A stretch of 61,972 bases of DNA, filler included, from Basidiobolus ranarum (Eukaryota), in assembly GCA_040143965.1 (NCBI GenBank). It is 10 parts of 10 records of this genome, joined end to end, with 100 filler letters (N's around TTAATTAATTAA, not from the genome) between each part and the next. Parts side by side here need not be neighbours in the genome. Positions count along the whole stretch, not along the records: positions 37,296 to 43,393 come from JASJQH010008285.1; positions 43,494 to 49,589 come from JASJQH010008286.1; 8 more parts are not named here. One strand, written 5' to 3'. Below the pieces are notes generated by a model, which saw only the letters and a list, made by a program, of their open reading frames with translations, was not told where the DNA came from and searched no databases. Of this stretch, positions 37,384-49,689 are shown in pieces. The position numbers and the translations under genes are program-made. Every line of letters begins with the position of its first letter. Position 1 is the stretch's first letter.

Positions 37384-38935
37384 TTGCTGGAACGATCCGA
37401 TAAAGTCAGATTACTGGGTGGAGTAGGCATTTTAATAGCGCCAAGTTCGCGAATTATATTCGAGCAACTTGGGATAGCAGATCAAGTCGATGAAATTTCA
37501 TTACCAGCTCTTGGCATCACTGCTTGTACAGCGAGCGACAAAAAAGTTGGCGGCATCCCTTCCGTGAGACATTGTGCAGCATGGTAAGCAAATGACACAC
37601 ATTCACACACACGCTAAGGGAGTAACTCATTTGAAGATATTCATTGTAGGACTGGATACGGCTGGAACATTGTCCATCGTGAAGACCTGCACAAGATATT
37701 GCTCTCGCTAATCCCGAAAGACACAATACAATACAATAAGAAAGTGGTGGCAGCTACAGAAGAAGAGAGTGAAGTTACTGTAATCTGTGAAGACACATCG
37801 GTTTATCGTGGGGATATTCTCATCGGCGCTGATGGTGTTTACAGCAAAGTGCGCGAATCAATGTTTACAATACTTGAAAAACAAGGAGTACTATCACGAA
37901 AAGATATAAAACCTGCAGCTATCTCGAATGTGGCTCTTCTCTGTCTAACTGAGCTAAAAGAAGATGTAAGCTCCACATTCATGACGGAGAGTGACCTTGA
38001 ACTCAAGATGTTTCGTGGGACTCCCTATTCGGTAAGTGTTTGCTATATATTTATTAAGATATCAATGGAACTACCTATCTGTTTTTACATCATTGCAGTA
38101 CTTGAATTGAACAGAAGATATATGAAAAAGAATGGCTGACATTAGATGAAACTCTCCCATTTAGACTCTGACCTTTCCGGTATACTCTGGAAAAATGACA
38201 ACTGCAGTTTTTCTCAATGCAACCGATTGGGAGCCAAAGGACATTCAGGCATTCAAAAATAGTGACAGATCTAAGATCATAGAGTCATTTAGTGAAACTC
38301 TTCTTGATAATCGCACTTCGTGTGGCTTAACGTTGAGAGAAGTCATCCATTTGACAAAGAGTGAGAGGATGACTTTAGTATCAATTGAAGAAAAATTGTT
38401 GAAAAGATGGCATACTAGTCGCATTGTATTGATAGGGGATGCTTGTCATAAGTTCCATCCTGTATTGGCAGCAGGAGGAAATCAAGCTTTCTTGGATGCA
38501 GTGGTGTTGGCTAATTGTATACACGGTATGGTAGATGTTACTCCAGAGACAATCCAAATAGCTTTCAAGTCATATCATTCAAGCCGGTATTGGAACTCGA
38601 TGGTGATATACATTTCCAGTAGCATGGTCGGCAAACTTTTTCTGTGCCAGGTATGTTGTTAGAAATACATGTAATGATAGTCCACTTTCAAGTGACGCAT
38701 CGACGTATTCTTCCTATAGACTTGGTTACAAACGGTAATAGGAGTTATTCTGCTCAGCATTCCTATTTTCATATTAGATATCGTTTTCAAGCGGCTCTTT
38801 TGTAAAGATCTTCCTCAGGCAGCATTCTTACCATTGATTCCTCCCACCGGTACTGTGAAACCTTATCCACAGAAATATTCCACACCATTGGATTATGATA
38901 AGCCAGTTGTATGCAGTATTGAAGGTACATCTTAG
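37384..38935 (+). CDS. FAD-dependent monooxygenase (FAD_binding_3), 5'-truncated, 3 introns (about 37583-37650, 38032-38164, 38651-38719)
   Basis: LIGADGVYSKVR (DG motif), RIVLIGDACHKFHP..AAGGNQAFLDAVVLAN (GD motif); last exon ends ...QAAFLPLIPPTGTVKPYPQ...EGTS*. Confidence 0.85.
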
Positions 38936-39839
38936 AATGAGTTGCAGCTAGTAGAGGCGCACTGTTAGATCCATCTATGTTGAATTTGCAAACTCTATTA
39001 ATATTTCCGATTAAAGCTAGATTACCATGGAATTTCTAGTTATATTATTTTTAGAGGGATAGCTGATTTTTCATTTCAATCAATACGATATTGTGCGCAC
39101 TTCTAGCCACACATCAAAAGAAGCATTATTGGCATAATAGAGTTGTGAAAGCAAAATACTCGATGTTGATATTTTTTGCTGTGTTACGATTTTATCAAGA
39201 TCCCCTCTCTTTGAATAGGTTGGAATACTGGAGTCTCATAGTTCAACCATGTAAAATAAAAAGTATAAACCTTGCTTCTATTAGTGAATAATTATAGGTC
39301 AATTCGAGGTTTTCTTGTGATGTTTTGACTCTGAAGATCCCCCTATTGGGGCCTATGATGGCTGCATGGTTGAACATATAGCGTATGAAACGTGGACGAA
39401 TGAACTAGCAATATATTTTAACCTTACTACTGGATAGCTACATAATGCCTCACTCTCAGCATCTTTGGTATGCCATTTTCAATTTTAATGCAAATCGTGA
39501 ATATGGTGAAATGTTGAGCGACTTGGCATTTAATCACTTAATATGAGAATATTGTGCAATGCCTAGCACAAGAAATAGAATTTAAGAAAAGTACACTTGA
39601 AGGTGATTTATCCCATGAACTGTTTCTGGGTATTAAACATGTGAGAGTGGGTAATGCTGATTAAAAGTCTGTATCTGTACAAAGTTAATAAGATTTTCGA
39701 GGAGTGCATGAAGGAAAACGTCTATACGTGATTCTAATTGCGAGATTTGGGTGGCGTAAGTTGTCATAAAGATGTTGAGTAGTCAGCAGGAATATTCTCA
39801 GATGTCCTGGTGAAAATAATTGTACAGGAGTATCACTAT

Positions 39840-41363
39840 CTATTTTTTGTCAGAGTTCTCGATCTCCTCACAGATCTCTTCCAATGATTTCCCCTTAGTT
39901 TCGGGGATCCAGAAAGTGGTCAAGAAACCAAGGAACATGATACCGGCAAAGATACCTAATGTCTGTGGGAGGAAAGCGTGTTCACCATCGGCACCACCGA
40001 TCTCTACCAATTGATTGAAGCCGAAAGTAGCAATAATAGCACCAAGCTTACCAGAGGCGGCAGAGATACCATGAGCAGTAGAACGGAAGCGAGTTGGGAA
40101 CACTTCCGAGGGAAGTACGAAAGTGGTGGTGTTGGGACCAAAATTAAAGAAGAATTGAGCGAGAGTGAAGAGAGCAATGAACAGAGCCAACGCTGTGTCA
40201 CGGATCTTGTTGAATCCAGCTGATAGAATGACAAAGATAATGGTAAGCATCATGAAACCCATCAACTGAATCTTGATACGACCCATTCTTTCAATTAGAA
40301 ACACAGTGAACCAGTATCCAGGAACGGTTCCCATTAACGAGATGATCATATTACCAATGGCTTCGGTCCACATGGCATCGTAGGCTGATAATCCTTTTGA
40401 GGAGTACCCGATGGCTTGTAAGACGTATGACTGATTCAGGGAAAGACCGTAGAAGGCAATGTCCAAGAAGAACCAGGAAAGGGAGGTACCAAGAAGTACC
40501 TTGAGGTTCTTCCACTTCCCGAAGTGTTGGGTGAAGGTGTCCTCATTGCTAGCTAAAACTGGTACGACTTGCCCTAATTTCTCGTTCTGAGAGAAATCAT
40601 CCATCTGTGTACTCTTATCTTGTTCTCCCAACACTGCTTCAAGATCCTTGGCAGCTTGCTCAGCATCACCCTTCACTTCCATGGTATAACGAGGTGACTC
40701 AGGCATATTCAAACGGAACCATACAGTGAAGATGGCAGGGACACATCCGAATCCAAGCATTAATCTCCATACATAGTCAAGGTTAGCCTGATCTTCACGA
40801 ATGAGTGTTTGGAAACAAGCGAGGATCATCACGGTGAACAAGGCAGCAACAAGAATTCCGATACCTTGAGAAGCAAACACTGCAGAAATCATCATACCAC
40901 GACGTTTTGTGGAAGCAAATTCAGAGGTAATGACAGCACTAACTGGATAGTCACCACCGATACCAATACCAAGAATGAATCGCCAGAGAGCAAGAACAGC
41001 AATGACATTCACTCCTTTACCCCAGGATCCAGCAATAGCACAACAGAATGTAGCAAAGATAATGATGATGAGCTCAGAACCGTACATCTTCTTACGACCG
41101 AGTTTGTCACTAAGATAACCGAAGAGTAGTTGTCCGATCAATGTACCAAAAGCAGTAGCGCCCTTCAGTGGACCTTCGAACTGTTTAGGAACCTTGTTGT
41201 TGTTCTCAGCATAATAAACGTAACCCATCATAGGAACAGCCAGATTAATAATGAAAATGTCGTAGGCATCAGTGAAGAAACCAATACCAGCAACAATGAT
41301 AGCACGTAAATGCCATCCTGTTAGCTTGGTATCGTTAAGATTTGTGAGTTGATCTCCAGACAT
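39840..41363 (-). CDS. PHO84: High-affinity phosphate:H+ symporter (MFS, PHS family)
   Basis: GFFTDAYDIF, DKLGRKKMYG, GIGIGGDYP, FFFNFGPNTTTFVLPSEVFPTRFRSTAHGISAASGK, PETKGKSLEE. Confidence 0.93.
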   Translation of the reverse strand: MSGDQLTNLNDTKLTGWHLRAIIVAGIGFFTDAYDIFIINLAVPMMGYVYYAENNNKVPKQFEGPLKGATAFGTLIGQLLFGYLSDKLGRKKMYGSELIIIIFATFCCAIAGSWGKGVNVIAVLALWRFILGIGIGGDYPVSAVITSEFASTKRRGMMISAVFASQGIGILVAALFTVMILACFQTLIREDQANLDYVWRLMLGFGCVPAIFTVWFRLNMPESPRYTMEVKGDAEQAAKDLEAVLGEQDKSTQMDDFSQNEKLGQVVPVLASNEDTFTQHFGKWKNLKVLLGTSLSWFFLDIAFYGLSLNQSYVLQAIGYSSKGLSAYDAMWTEAIGNMIISLMGTVPGYWFTVFLIERMGRIKIQLMGFMMLTIIFVILSAGFNKIRDTALALFIALFTLAQFFFNFGPNTTTFVLPSEVFPTRFRSTAHGISAASGKLGAIIATFGFNQLVEIGGADGEHAFLPQTLGIFAGIMFLGFLTTFWIPETKGKSLEEICEEIENSDKK

Positions 41364-42354
41364 CTGCGTCGTATGAAATGAGTTCGTGATTATTTAGATT
41401 CTGCTAAGAACTATATATATTGACTCAAATACCAACCCAAGCTATTAGATAACTTTCCATGAATTTGTGATCAACCAATTAAGTAACTTACATTTCCACA
41501 TTCTTCTTTTCGGATATATGATTGGAAGAGACTATTTTAAGAAGTTTTATTTTTTAAGTAGCACAGATCCGTGAATTGTAAGTCATATTTCTAATCATAT
41601 TATGAACAGCAACTTACCGGCCAATTCAGTAGCCAAGATTCCTCCCCTGTAGCTCTTCCTCCCACAATGGAGATATACCGTGATTTAAATCGCCTCTTTT
41701 GGTCATTTTGCACATACACACTTTATTCAACCAAGAAATATGGATCTCGTCTGTTCACAGTTAATTTTAGAAGTAATTAAAATGTGGTCTTTGTCACTTC
41801 GAAGGGTATATCTGATCTGTGTATCTATAAGGGAACCAATGGTTGAGAGAATATTTAACATGAAGCAAGCATACTTTGGTCATTGGTGTGATCACTTTTC
41901 CGGGAAATAAGCATCACAGAAGGTAGTCATTATCTTACCTCTCTATTGAGCACAAACTATTCCAACCCTTCACCAATCACAAATAAGCTTAAAAGCTAAT
42001 CCGCAAGAAGTACCAATCAGTGGCGATTTCTTTGACACTCACTCCATTCAGAACTCTGATTGGGTTAACTCCTAATATTAATCTTAATCAATTAAGAAAT
42101 CTTTTCATCTTGATTTGTCGTAACGAATTGAGATCAAGACTTGTATTTTCTAAGTAACATATGAAAACTGCCATATTCGTCTTAGTACATGGTCTTTGCT
42201 TTCTGCGTCTAGCTCTAGCTCCACCGCTCAAATAAATGTTTCAAGTTACAGAGGATTATACAATAGGATATTATTAATATATATATAATTATAGTGAGTG
42301 TTACGATAGAGTATGACTGTATTAAAGAGGCTTGGGTATAAAGCTCTCTACGCA

Positions 42355-42620
42355 GACGTAACGATAGCCACCAATTCTAATACCAAGAACAAACATTCAC
42401 AAACTTAGGAAGGTAATCCCATTCACCCAGGAGCCGGAAATGACACGGCAATATAGCGTAAGTGATGATTATCAACATTGAGTCATAGATTTTCTTTCTT
42501 TCGAAGCGATCACTCAAATAACCAAAGAGTAATTGTGTTATTAGAGTCACGAAGGCTATACTTTCGTGTGAATCTTCATACTGGCTAGGAATCCGGTTGT
42601 TATTATAGCACATGGGTTAT
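42355..42620 (-). pseudogene. Decayed PHO84 paralogue fragment
   Basis: NNNRIPSQYEDSHESIAFVTLITQLLFGYLSDRFERKKIYDSMLIII aligns with NNNKVPKQFEGPLKGATAFGTLIGQLLFGYLSDKLGRKKMYGSELIII of the neighbouring gene. Confidence 0.8.
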
Positions 42621-42937
42621 TGGTACCAGTGAGTTCGGGTTCTCGATTTATCAGCTGAAACGATTAATTGTTTGGTTAATCATGCTGTAATTGTTAATAA
42701 CTGAAGATCGATGATGAATGAATCAAAGTTTCCCAATATGGAAAATCAGATATTTGAAGAAATTTATCAGATGTAAACTCAATACACTATTATTAAAAGA
42801 ATATTGAATACTAAACAATTGTAACACTAGAGAATAAGCATATACAATTGGAATATGAAGAAATGTAGCCTTATACAATATGGTAACAAAAATGACAAAT
42901 GGAATCAAATGTTGCATTTTTACCCAACAAGCTGTTC

Positions 42938-42985
42938 ACTAAGAGACCAGAGAAATTATTGACTAAGAGACCAGAGAAATTATTG
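42938..42985 (+). repeat. 24-bp perfect tandem duplication
   Basis: ACTAAGAGACCAGAGAAATTATTG x2. Confidence 0.9.
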
Positions 42986-43123
42986 AAGATATACCTAGAG
43001 AATATCTCTCCTTGGATGATTTGGATGGGATTTATAGTCTTTTTAGTGTGTATTTGACAGATTATCAATTAGCATATTACTCTATCTATTATGGCTTCAA
43101 AAACAACTCTGTCCAGCATAAAA

Positions 43124-43393
43124 TGTTAAACAAAGCATAACCTACACACCTATATATTTGTATATAGCTTCGAATTTAGTCAAATTTTGCTAAGATATCA
43201 CTCCCTATTCTCGATTGGAACTTACTCAAAAATATTTTTACCAACTTGGAAGTTCTCAGATATATAGATTGTTCAAAGAAGCCCCAAACTTTGAACACAT
43301 GTTCCTGGGACCTTTCCTTAACACATTCTACACATTAGTTTGCTTACATCTTGACAAAACTATAAATGTCAACCAAATACTCAATACTGTTAA
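43124..43393 (+). mobile_element. LTR of the same family, cut at contig end
   Basis: Contains GAAGCCCCAAACTTTG...ATGTTCCTGGGACC...CTATAAATGTCAAC. Confidence 0.8.
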
Positions 43394-43493
43394 NNNNNNN
43401 NNNNNNNNNNNNNNNNNNNNNNNNNNNNNNNNNNNNNTTAATTAATTAANNNNNNNNNNNNNNNNNNNNNNNNNNNNNNNNNNNNNNNNNNNN

Positions 43494-43885
43494 GAATTTA
43501 CTTAGAATATTGACACCAACTTAGAAGTTTTCAGATATATAGATTTTTCAAACTTGTGCTAGAAGCCCCAAACTTTGCACACATGTTCCTGGGACCTTCC
43601 TTAACACATTCTACATGTTAGTCTATTTACATATTGACAAAAATATAAATGTCAACTGAATACTCAATAAATCAATAAGTGAAAAGTACAAATTCTTCTA
43701 GTTCTCCAACTCACTTCCAACAGGCTCCCAAAATACTTTAACAGTTAGAAGTGATTTGGAGAACTTCCAAGTTGGTCTCAATATTCTAAATAAATTCCTC
43801 ATGGAGATGATAAATAGTAACATGATGAAATTTAGGTAGCTAACTATATGACTATATAGATGCCTAAGCTATATCATTTTCAACA
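43494..43885. mobile_element. Plus-strand LTR (43494-43743) abutting a deleted minus-strand LTR (43744-43885)
   Basis: Ends ...CTCCCAAAATACTTTAACA, followed by reverse-oriented LTR pieces ending TTTCAACA. Confidence 0.8.
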
Positions 43886-45260
43886 ATTACTTCTAATTCC
43901 TGGAGAAGGATAGATCACCAACATTCTGGAGTATATTGAAATATTTTTGTTACTACAAATCTTCACATATATTATTTGAATAATAGGAAACAAAAATTCC
44001 AGATTTCCAATTCTCCTGCAAGAGAATCAACAAGTATTGTTGCTAAGATTGTAGACGGAATAAACTTGGTTTTTCGATATCCTAATTGTTCACGAACTAA
44101 TGGCTGAGGTGTATATCTCCTTTGCCTCATCATCCTGATACACTAGAAAGTAGCTATGTTTATGTAAATACTTGTAAATGAACAAAAATGTCAGTAGCAG
44201 AAATGTCTTGAAAATTCCAATAAAGTGCATGATAAATAGAGCTTTCATTGACTCAAACAAATTGTTCATTTGAAGTTTATTCAGTGCAATACAAGCTTTG
44301 TAGCTGATACTTAAAATTGTGATCTAGTTACACATCGCACTTCTCACATCCATATAGTCGAGCAATAAATCTCGTATTTAGTAGCTTCCCTGAAGTTTCG
44401 AAGTTGAAAAGTACTTGAGCACGTAATACTTGAGAAAAACCAAGAATAAGTTTCTGAAGTTGACCTTAAATTACTTTTAGAAAACGGAAGCTGTTAATTA
44501 TATCCTTGACTGTATGCTTATCACTCGGGTGTTTCTCATTCCCGAATGAGGTTTCTTTGAATCTTTACAGAAGTGGTGTGCAATGTCACAAAGTTAGTTC
44601 ACTAGATTGTGTACATGTAGAAAGTACATTGAACATCCCGCTTTCATCTCATCCAACATGCACGTGCAATATTTAACTAATGATCTCACTTACATACAAG
44701 CGATAAGCAAATGCTGAGAAATTCTCTTCGCCTAGCCTAGAGTAGCCACTTGGCCTACGAGAGATGTGACTTATTTTTCATACAGCTTATCAATCATTCC
44801 AACAGTTTTTCTCCAGGTGAGATTACTCAATGATAGTCACCTGGTCAAACTCAAGGGGTACGTCTTCTAATCTTGGTCTGAAATAAATATCACATACCAT
44901 CTTCAGCATCCAAATAACAATCATCGTCTGGAGTCGAAATAGTTCCCACACAAGAGTTACCATAGTTGGAAGGAACGGAAAGAAACTCAATACACGTGTG
45001 ATAAAGTCCTTCCCCAAATTGGACAAATTAGGAAAGGAATAACCAATAATGAGTCATAAGAAATAATGCAATGGACTTAGATGATCTGATGTTTTGAGTG
45101 GCTTCAACATTTTTCAAAAAAATCACTGAAAAGGGATATTGGTCATATTGTATCATTTCTTCCACACTTCTTTCTTCGGTATAAAAGGAGTGTCATATGC
45201 CTCGAATACGGATCATTTACTACTGATATCTGTCTATACCCTTTTATCAATTCGAATATC

Positions 45261-46775
45261 ATGGCTAAACTTTGGGGAGGTCGATTCTCTGGTGCTACCG
45301 ATCCATTAATGGAGAAGTTTAATGCTTCTATCCACTTTGATAAAAAAATGTACGCCGCCGATGTGCAAGGCTCCCAAGCATATGCTAAAGCTCTAGCCCT
45401 GACTGGTATCATTACTCAGGAGGAGAGTGCCCAACTTGTTCAAGGACTTGAGCAAGTTCGTAACGAATGGGAGGCCGGGACTTTCGAAATTCAAGCTGGT
45501 GACGAGGACATTCATACCGCTAATGAACGCCGCCTTGGCGAAATCGTTGGATCGGTAGCCGGTAAACTTCATACTGGTAGAAGTAGAAATGATCAGGTTG
45601 CTACTGATATGAGACTATGGCTTAGAGAGGAAGCCACAGCCCTTTTGCAACATTTAAAAGGTCTTATTCAAGTTGCCGTTGAAAGAGCCGAGGCTGATAT
45701 CGATGTAATAATGCCTGGGTATACTCATTTGCAAAGAGCACAACCTATCCGTTGGAGCCATTGGATTATGAGCTATGCATGGGGCTGGCACGCTGATGCT
45801 CAAAGACTTGAACAACTTATTGAACGTTTGAACTTGCTTCCTCTAGGAAGCGGTGCTTTGGCCGGTAACCCTTTTAATGTGGATCGAGAATTCCTCGCCA
45901 AGGAACTGGGCTTTGCTGGTGTCATTCCTAACAGTTTATATGGTGTCAGTGACCGTGACTTTGTTGCCGAATTCCTCTTCTGGGCCAGTATGACTATGAT
46001 CCATATCAGTCGTTTTGCTGAGGATTTGATCATTTACAGTTCTGGAGAATTTGGTTTTGTCACCTTAGCTGACGCTTACAGTACCGGTAGTAGTCTTATG
46101 CCACAAAAGAAGAACCCTGACAGCTTGGAGCTTCTTCGTGGAAAAACGGGCAGAGTATTCGGTCAGATGTCTGGTTTCTTGATGACCGTCAAGGGTCTTC
46201 CAAGTACCTACAACAAAGATCTTCAAGAAGATAAAGAGCCAATGTTTGATGCTGTCGAAACCCTTAGTGGCTCCTTACAAATTACTGCTGCTGTCCTTGC
46301 TACCCTCAAAATTTACCCCAATAAGATGGCCAGCAGTCTAAGTAACGATATGCTAGCTACAGATCTTGCTGAATACCTAGTCCGCAAGGGTGTTCCTTTC
46401 AGAGAAACTCACCATGTTGCAGGTGCTGCTGTTCGCCTTAGCGAAGAACGCGGGGTACCAATGAGTCAGCTTTCCGTTGCTGATTTCCAAACTTTACATC
46501 CCTCTTTCTCTGATGACGTGTCATCCGTCTGGAACTATGAGGTCAATCAAATGGTGTACTATCTAAGATATTCGTCTTCAAAAAAGATCTTCGAATGGGC
46601 AGGACCGTATATTATTGAAAAGAAAATCAACTTGGATTGCTTCGTGTTGAAAAATTCCAAGACATTCAAGTTAAAACGTAAATTAGTGCATCGTTGCGAG
46701 TTGCGAACCTTCTTCGAGATTAAGGTGGTAATAGAGAATAATTCTTCTGATTATTTCTATGTTCACAAAGGCTGA
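45261..46775 (+). CDS. ARG4: Argininosuccinate lyase (aa 1-427) with a non-ASL 77-aa C-terminus
   Basis: [50 protein letters not shown]. Homology stops at VWNYE (46541). Confidence 0.92.
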   Translation: MAKLWGGRFSGATDPLMEKFNASIHFDKKMYAADVQGSQAYAKALALTGIITQEESAQLVQGLEQVRNEWEAGTFEIQAGDEDIHTANERRLGEIVGSVAGKLHTGRSRNDQVATDMRLWLREEATALLQHLKGLIQVAVERAEADIDVIMPGYTHLQRAQPIRWSHWIMSYAWGWHADAQRLEQLIERLNLLPLGSGALAGNPFNVDREFLAKELGFAGVIPNSLYGVSDRDFVAEFLFWASMTMIHISRFAEDLIIYSSGEFGFVTLADAYSTGSSLMPQKKNPDSLELLRGKTGRVFGQMSGFLMTVKGLPSTYNKDLQEDKEPMFDAVETLSGSLQITAAVLATLKIYPNKMASSLSNDMLATDLAEYLVRKGVPFRETHHVAGAAVRLSEERGVPMSQLSVADFQTLHPSFSDDVSSVWNYEVNQMVYYLRYSSSKKIFEWAGPYIIEKKINLDCFVLKNSKTFKLKRKLVHRCELRTFFEIKVVIENNSSDYFYVHKG

Positions 46776-46980
46776 AGTATCTGCACTTGTTAGCGCTCTA
46801 ATTTGCTTGAACATAAGTATATTACTGCCACCATGTGTTGCATGCTATTATTGTGAAATAACTTTTCGTTTTACATCGACTGTTTATATACATGCAATAG
46901 TAAATGTTCAGAAAAGAATGATGTAATCCTCTAAAACTCATCCAAATGATAAATAAATGGGGTATAAGAACAAAGACAGA

Positions 46981-48405
46981 TCATCCAGCTAATCTACTTA
47001 GTACGTAGCGGTCCAGTACAGTATATGAGCTGCTGATAACTACAAAAGCCCTGTAGAGGAATGGTAACCAGAACTGATTTTGTATCGTGTAATCAGTAAC
47101 TGGATACTGTCCGATCAGATCCAGTTTGGTCAGTCCTAGTATTGGAACGATGGTAGGTAGAGCCGCACCTATAATTAGCATTAAAGTTACATTGGCAATG
47201 ATGTTTTTCATACAAGTGTTTCCCCAGACAGGTCGAATGCTTCTCATGGGCTCAATTTGATAGCATCCAGTAACAAATGCGGCAATAAAATATACAACTA
47301 AAATGAACTCTCCTAAAGTTTCCACTAACCTCCAGGTAGAGACATCTTTCAATTTGTGTATTCCCGATAATAAATGGTACTGTTCCAGGGTAGACCAGTC
47401 CCCATTTATAGAGTACACTCCTTTTATCAAACTCATAGATACTGTACAGATAAATAATATCCAACTGAATATACTAAGTATAAAGACTATCACGAAGCTG
47501 AAATTACGTTGAATCGGTGAACTTTTCGCTTTATGCTGCATTTCGTGATAGGCTTTCTCAATGGAATTAATCTCACTCTTCAATCCTTTTAAAACGGCGA
47601 AGATACTTCTTGTAGTATCATTTACCAATGTACGACTGTTGTTGAACCCCGGTCGCTTCAGGTCGTCGAACATATGCTTGCGTAACTTTGACTGATGAAA
47701 CTCTAGTTTTTGCTGTAATACATTCCGGTCTCTTTCTAGGTAGCGCACTTTCTCAATAGCCACTCTATGTTCTTCAGTTTTAAGGGGGATAGTTTGAGTC
47801 CAATCAAAGATTTTAGTGATCCCTAATGGAATTACATGACAGGAGAGAACACTAACAGTGGTGCAAATCCACCAGTGTAAGATGACTGAGTGGGATTTAT
47901 GTTCCAGTCCCAACATTCCTCTTGTAGCAAATACAAATATATATGCTAAAACGCTAACCAGAAGGAACACGGAAAAGGCCTCATATAGTTTGCCGAAAAC
48001 CCCCTTAAATAAGTCTGTTTCCATATAGAAGTAGGCTAACGGTATAAGCCCAAATAGAGAAAATATTATACCAAAGAACGTATGCTTCGCTATTGCAGTG
48101 AGCAAACTGGCATCTAGCCAGTTTAAATAGTAATTCTGGGAAATCGTTGGCAACATATAGAGTATTACCACGGTGGCCGGAATCAATAGAAATGCTACCA
48201 TAGCGAAAGTTAACCCGCACGAACACAACAGTCTAGGCACCAGAGTCTCGCTACTCTCATCGTCATAACTATCTTTTTGTTTAGATCGAAACCTTCCTAT
48301 GATACGATATGCCGAAACTGCTGTACATAGGAAGAAGAGAAATACTAGGATTCCTTCTCTGATTTGAGTATAAAACTCCTCTCCATGAGGTTTGTAAGGT
48401 ACCAT
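46981..48405 (-). CDS. LMBR1-like multi-pass membrane protein
   Basis: N-terminal FYTQIRE..LVFL, LIPLAYFYMET, central coiled coil, SSPIQRN, TCMKNIIAN..LM....ALP....LGLTKLDLIGQY. Confidence 0.8.
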   Translation of the reverse strand: MVPYKPHGEEFYTQIREGILVFLFFLCTAVSAYRIIGRFRSKQKDSYDDESSETLVPRLLCSCGLTFAMVAFLLIPATVVILYMLPTISQNYYLNWLDASLLTAIAKHTFFGIIFSLFGLIPLAYFYMETDLFKGVFGKLYEAFSVFLLVSVLAYIFVFATRGMLGLEHKSHSVILHWWICTTVSVLSCHVIPLGITKIFDWTQTIPLKTEEHRVAIEKVRYLERDRNVLQQKLEFHQSKLRKHMFDDLKRPGFNNSRTLVNDTTRSIFAVLKGLKSEINSIEKAYHEMQHKAKSSPIQRNFSFVIVFILSIFSWILFICTVSMSLIKGVYSINGDWSTLEQYHLLSGIHKLKDVSTWRLVETLGEFILVVYFIAAFVTGCYQIEPMRSIRPVWGNTCMKNIIANVTLMLIIGAALPTIVPILGLTKLDLIGQYPVTDYTIQNQFWLPFLYRAFVVISSSYTVLDRYVLSRLAG

Positions 48406-49689
48406 TTACTTGATTAGATAGCTTTGGTTATACCAAGTCGAAATTAGAGCTGAGGATATTCCTTGTGGTTACTTCGCGGAGGGGTGATTTAATATGGATC
48501 AAAATAACCTTTGAGTGAAAGCTTTAGATAGTGTAGAATAAATAGTGCTAGAGTGAGAGAAATGTTATCAGAATGAGTCAATTTAATATGATCTTTTTCT
48601 ACCTTCGGCGAGTTTCTTTTTGACAGCCACATTGTATACATATTCCCAACATGCATGGAGAGTTTAGATCACTTCAAAATTATTCAATCGTAGGAAATAA
48701 ACAAGTCGTTTCAAATGATTCGTGAAAATTCTGCGAGAGCTGTCTCTAGTTGGGATTGCTATTAAACAAATCGACGTAGATCGGGTCACTGTAAGATGAA
48801 GATTAAGCCCATAGTCATGCAGTTATTATGTGCGCTATGCTTGCCCTAACAATCGATGAGGTAACTGTTTGCTTGATATTCTCTCGAAGGCTTTAACAAC
48901 GGAGTTTACTTCTGGCGACCAATGCCTCTACACTGTATGGGCTACCAGTAAGGTTGAAGCATTTTCTTAGTATAAAGACAAACACCAACTATAATCCGAG
49001 CGCTAAAACCAACGAGGGAGCCAAACCTACTACAAAACAGAAACTAGTGTATGGCTCATGAGGACCTAAAATTAGATGATTTGATATAGACTTATCAAAA
49101 AGACGTCTTATCCCTACATGCTATGAACACCACTCACATGGGGGCTGGTTTTATCTATATGTATGCTCTTAGATTGAATATATGCCCATCCACAAATAAA
49201 CAAATCTGTTTATTATTACAATGAAATCTAATCTAAAAGTGACTGATACAGAATTCTATGATTCGCTGGAGCACTCATTTTAGTTTTAGGTTCTGACTGT
49301 CTATTCGTCAGTTATATTACCTTAGTTGGTTGGTAGTAAGAGAGCGATTTGTTAAGGAGACAAGAACTTGGAATTTTTGAGCAAAGTTGTTGGTTGCTAA
49401 CTAAACCTTTCTCGTCGATAAAGTTTTAACATAGTATTCTTTCGTCTTTCTAAAAACTTTGAAGTATGTCAGAAACTCAAGTTGATAACTTGCATCAACT
49501 TTCAAATGGGATATCTTTCGAAAGCCGCTCCATTCACGCTGTTCTCCACCTAAGCTCTTCATAACCGACTCTACTTAAGTATATATGTGNNNNNNNNNNN
49601 NNNNNNNNNNNNNNNNNNNNNNNNNNNNNNNNNTTAATTAATTAANNNNNNNNNNNNNNNNNNNNNNNNNNNNNNNNNNNNNNNNNNNN

